Positions 61,494-64,000 of a stretch of 64,000 bases of DNA are shown piece by piece. The notes beneath the pieces were generated by a model that was not told the DNA's origin, did not search any database, and saw only the letters and a list, made by a program, of their open reading frames with translations. Origin of the DNA: an uncultured Actinomycetota bacterium (GTDB taxonomy: Bacteria; Actinomycetota; UBA4738). Position 1 is the first letter of the stretch. Each line of letters starts with the position of its first letter. The DNA lies in contig CAWAGG010000006.1 in NCBI GenBank assembly GCA_963781595.1, positions 387,226 through 451,225 on the forward strand. Reading direction: 5' to 3'. The translations under genes were made by a program, and so were the position numbers.

Positions 61494-62072
61494 GTGACGG
61501 GTTTCGATCGCGCGAAGATCGTCGAGGGGGTCCGGCTGATCCTGGAGGGGATCGGCGACGACCCGGCGCGTGCCGGGGTCGCCGAGACGCCCGACCGGGT
61601 GGCCGACATGTACGAGGAGATCTTCGCCGGCGTGGGTCGCGATCCCGCCGAACTGATCACGGTCGTGCAAGGCGCCGACCACGACGAGATGGTGATGGTC
61701 CGAGACATCCCCCTCTACAGCGAGTGCGAACACCACCTGCTGCCGTTCATCGGGCGTGCGCACGTGGCGTACGTCCCCGCGAAGGACGGCAGGATCACCG
61801 GTCTATCGAAGATCGCGCGGGTCGTCGACCTGCTGTCGAAGCGCCCACAGGTGCAGGAACGGCTCACGACGGAGATCGCGAACGCGCTCGAACGGGCCCT
61901 CGAACCTCGCGGGGTGTTCGTACTGATCGAGGCCGAGCACCTCTGCATGACGATGCGCGGCGTTCGCAAGCCGGGCGCGCAGACGGTGACCTCGGCGGTC
62001 CGCGGGCTGTTCCGTTCGGACGCCAGGACGAGGGCCGAGGCGCTGGAACTGGTCGGACGGGGACGATCGTGA
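61494..62072 (+). CDS. folE: GTP cyclohydrolase I
   Basis: '[13 protein letters not shown]', '[11 protein letters not shown]', 'GLSKIARVV' and '[12 protein letters not shown]' are present. The start is uncertain among TTG 61458, GTG 61467 and GTG 61494. Confidence 0.9.
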   Translation: MTGFDRAKIVEGVRLILEGIGDDPARAGVAETPDRVADMYEEIFAGVGRDPAELITVVQGADHDEMVMVRDIPLYSECEHHLLPFIGRAHVAYVPAKDGRITGLSKIARVVDLLSKRPQVQERLTTEIANALERALEPRGVFVLIEAEHLCMTMRGVRKPGAQTVTSAVRGLFRSDARTRAEALELVGRGRS

Positions 62073-63940
62073 CCGTGGCAACGGCGGGCATGTCGCCGGC
62101 GGAGGTCTCCGCATCCATCCACGCGGAGATCGCCGGGATGACGCTCTGCGACGTGCTCGCGCGCAACGCCGAACGGTTCGCGGACCGCCCGGCGCTGTCG
62201 TGGAAGGAGGGCGGCGCGTGGACGACTCTGTCGTGGAGCCAGTACCGCGCGGCCGTGCAGCGGGCGGCGACGGGCCTGAAGGCGCTCGGCGTCGGGCCCG
62301 GGGACTTCGTCGCGATCATGGCGCGCAACCGGCCGGAGCACCTGATCGCGGACTACGCGGCGATGCACCTGGGTGCGACCCCCGTATCGATCTACAACAC
62401 CCTCGCCGCCGAGCAGATCGCCTACATCGCGGGGCACTGCGGCGCGAAGGTCGCCGTCGTCGAGGACCGCGGGTTCTTCGAACGGTGGGAGAAGGTGAAG
62501 CCGGACCTCCCCGCGCTCGAACACGTCGTCCTCCTCGACGGCGCGGAGGAGTTCGACTCGTACGACTGGGTCTCCGGGCGCGCGGCGATCGTCGAGGACG
62601 GCGCCGGAGAGGCCGAGCGCGATCCGGAGGCGTTCGAGCGCTCGTGGCGGGCGGTCACTCCGGAGACGGCGGCGACCCTGATCTACACGTCGGGGACGAC
62701 CGGTCCCCCGAAGGGAGTGGTGATCACCCACGCGAACGTCCTGTGGACCGTCGTGTCGCTCGACCGGACCGGTCGGTTCCCCGAGAGCATGAAGACGCTC
62801 TCGTACCTGCCCCTGGCCCACGCCCTCGAGCGGCTCGCCACCCACTGGGTCTCGTCGTGGAAGGCCGCCCACGTCCACATGTGCCCGGACATCCTCCAGG
62901 TCTTCGCGTACATGCCCGAGGTCAGGCCGAACGCGTTCGCCGGCGTCCCGCGCCTGTGGGAGAAGCTGCAGGCGGGTATCGTCGCCGCGGTCGCCGCCGA
63001 ACCGAACGACCGCAGGCGCAGGATCGGTCAGAAGGCCCTCACCGCCGGGCAGGAGGCGGCGCGGTTGGAGCGCGAAGGCGCGAGCGTGCCGTTCCGCATC
63101 CGGTCGCAACGGGCGATGTTCGACCGGCTCGTCTACTCGAAGATCCGGCGCCGGCTCGGCCTGGACCAGTGCCAGATCCCCGTGACCGGGGCGGCGCCGA
63201 CCTCCCTCGACACGCTGGACTTCTTCGCCGGGATCGGCCTGCGCCTTTACGAGGGGTACGGCATGACCGAGGACTCCGGCCCCGCGACGGTGAACACGGA
63301 GGCGCACTACCGCGCGGGGACGGTCGGGCCGCCGCTGCCCGGCGTCGAGGTGCGGCTGGGCGACGACGGCGAGCTGCTGATCCGCGGCGGGAACGTCGCG
63401 GCCGGCTACTACGAGGATCCGGAGATGACCGCCGAGACGTTCGGCGCCGACGGATGGTTGCACACGGGCGACATCGCGGCGATCGACGAGGACGGGTTCG
63501 TTCGCATCATCGATCGCAAGAAGGAGCTGATCATCACCGCGGGCGGGAAGAACATCTCGCCGGCGAACCTGGAGGCGCTGCTGAAGCGTCATCCCCTGGT
63601 CGGGCAGGCGTGCGTGGTCGGCGACCGCAAGCCGTACGTCGCCGCGCTGATCGTGCTCGACGGCGAGGTCGCCCCGGGGTGGGCCGCGCAGAGCGGCATC
63701 GCGTTCACGGACCTGGCGACGTTCTCGCGGGAGCCTCGCCTGGTGGCGGAGATCCAGCGCGCGGTCGACGAGGCGAACGAGCACGTGAGCCACGCGGAGG
63801 GGATCCGACGCTTCGAGGTGCTTCCTTACGAGTGGACGATGGAGAGCGACGAGCTGACCCCGACGCTGAAGCTCAAACGCCGCGTCGTCCTCTCGAAGCA
63901 CGCCGAGGAGATCGAACGCCTGTACGCGCGCGCGCCGTGA
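62069..63940 (+). CDS. AMP-dependent long-chain fatty-acid--CoA ligase
   Basis: The AMP-binding motifs '[14 protein letters not shown]', 'YEGYGMTE', 'WLHTGDIA' and '[10 protein letters not shown]' are present. GTG 62069 overlaps the folE stop (GTGA), and ATG 62090 is an alternative start. Confidence 0.85.
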   Translation: MTVATAGMSPAEVSASIHAEIAGMTLCDVLARNAERFADRPALSWKEGGAWTTLSWSQYRAAVQRAATGLKALGVGPGDFVAIMARNRPEHLIADYAAMHLGATPVSIYNTLAAEQIAYIAGHCGAKVAVVEDRGFFERWEKVKPDLPALEHVVLLDGAEEFDSYDWVSGRAAIVEDGAGEAERDPEAFERSWRAVTPETAATLIYTSGTTGPPKGVVITHANVLWTVVSLDRTGRFPESMKTLSYLPLAHALERLATHWVSSWKAAHVHMCPDILQVFAYMPEVRPNAFAGVPRLWEKLQAGIVAAVAAEPNDRRRRIGQKALTAGQEAARLEREGASVPFRIRSQRAMFDRLVYSKIRRRLGLDQCQIPVTGAAPTSLDTLDFFAGIGLRLYEGYGMTEDSGPATVNTEAHYRAGTVGPPLPGVEVRLGDDGELLIRGGNVAAGYYEDPEMTAETFGADGWLHTGDIAAIDEDGFVRIIDRKKELIITAGGKNISPANLEALLKRHPLVGQACVVGDRKPYVAALIVLDGEVAPGWAAQSGIAFTDLATFSREPRLVAEIQRAVDEANEHVSHAEGIRRFEVLPYEWTMESDELTPTLKLKRRVVLSKHAEEIERLYARAP

Positions 63941-64000
63941 CGACGCACGAGCCGGCCCCCGGCGTGCCGATGCCGTGGCTCGCGGGCCCGTTCGACCTGA
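63937..64000 (+). CDS. start of an unidentified CDS running off the right edge
   Basis: GTG 63937 overlaps the ligase stop (GTGA). The frame [21 protein letters not shown]... is open to the end of the window. It is too short to assign. Confidence 0.25.
   Translation, partial: MTTHEPAPGVPMPWLAGPFDL

Overview
This is a very GC-rich 64-kb chromosomal segment. Its gene content and local synteny look like an Actinomycetota genome: PadR-ino1; an MrfA-type helicase; an OB-fold/TrkA/KimA-like K+ block; topA-tmk-holB-tRNA-Thr; and DUF2342 protease-tilS-hpt-folE. I can support about 55 protein-coding genes or gene remnants, one tRNA-Thr(CGU), and a few hairpins, promoter-like elements and repeats. I found no rRNA, CRISPR array, transposase, integrase or phage genes. 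All function calls rest on motifs and family resemblance read by eye from the ORF translations. Start codons were chosen by RBS, overlap or alignment logic and may be off by a few codons. The ORF track writes GTG/TTG starts as M. The most interesting observations are these. (1) A 1086-aa single-pass protein combines an N-terminal cytoplasmic class III cyclase domain with an extracytoplasmic beta-propeller and a family-5 solute-binding domain. (2) A K+ locus has two TrkA/RCK genes divergent from two tandem KimA-like permeases that carry a duplicated C-terminal module, followed by an HD hydrolase, with no TrkH/KtrB. A third, shorter paralog is coupled to nhaA. (3) A minus-strand string encodes an MBL-Rieske fusion, AsnA and a P-type ATPase. 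(4) A compact helicase(DUF1998) / small ORF / SLOG-like operon. (5) Five 13-bp-phased TCGATAYAT repeats sit in an AT-rich island upstream of PadR-ino1. (6) Single-nucleotide frameshifts are strongly clustered: about 10 in two adjacent genes at 4.1-6.4 kb and 2 in topA, plus one in-frame TAG in an SRPBCC gene. That clustering points to locally poor consensus or real gene decay and must be checked against reads. None of the candidate systems can be proven novel from sequence alone, and no database search was possible.
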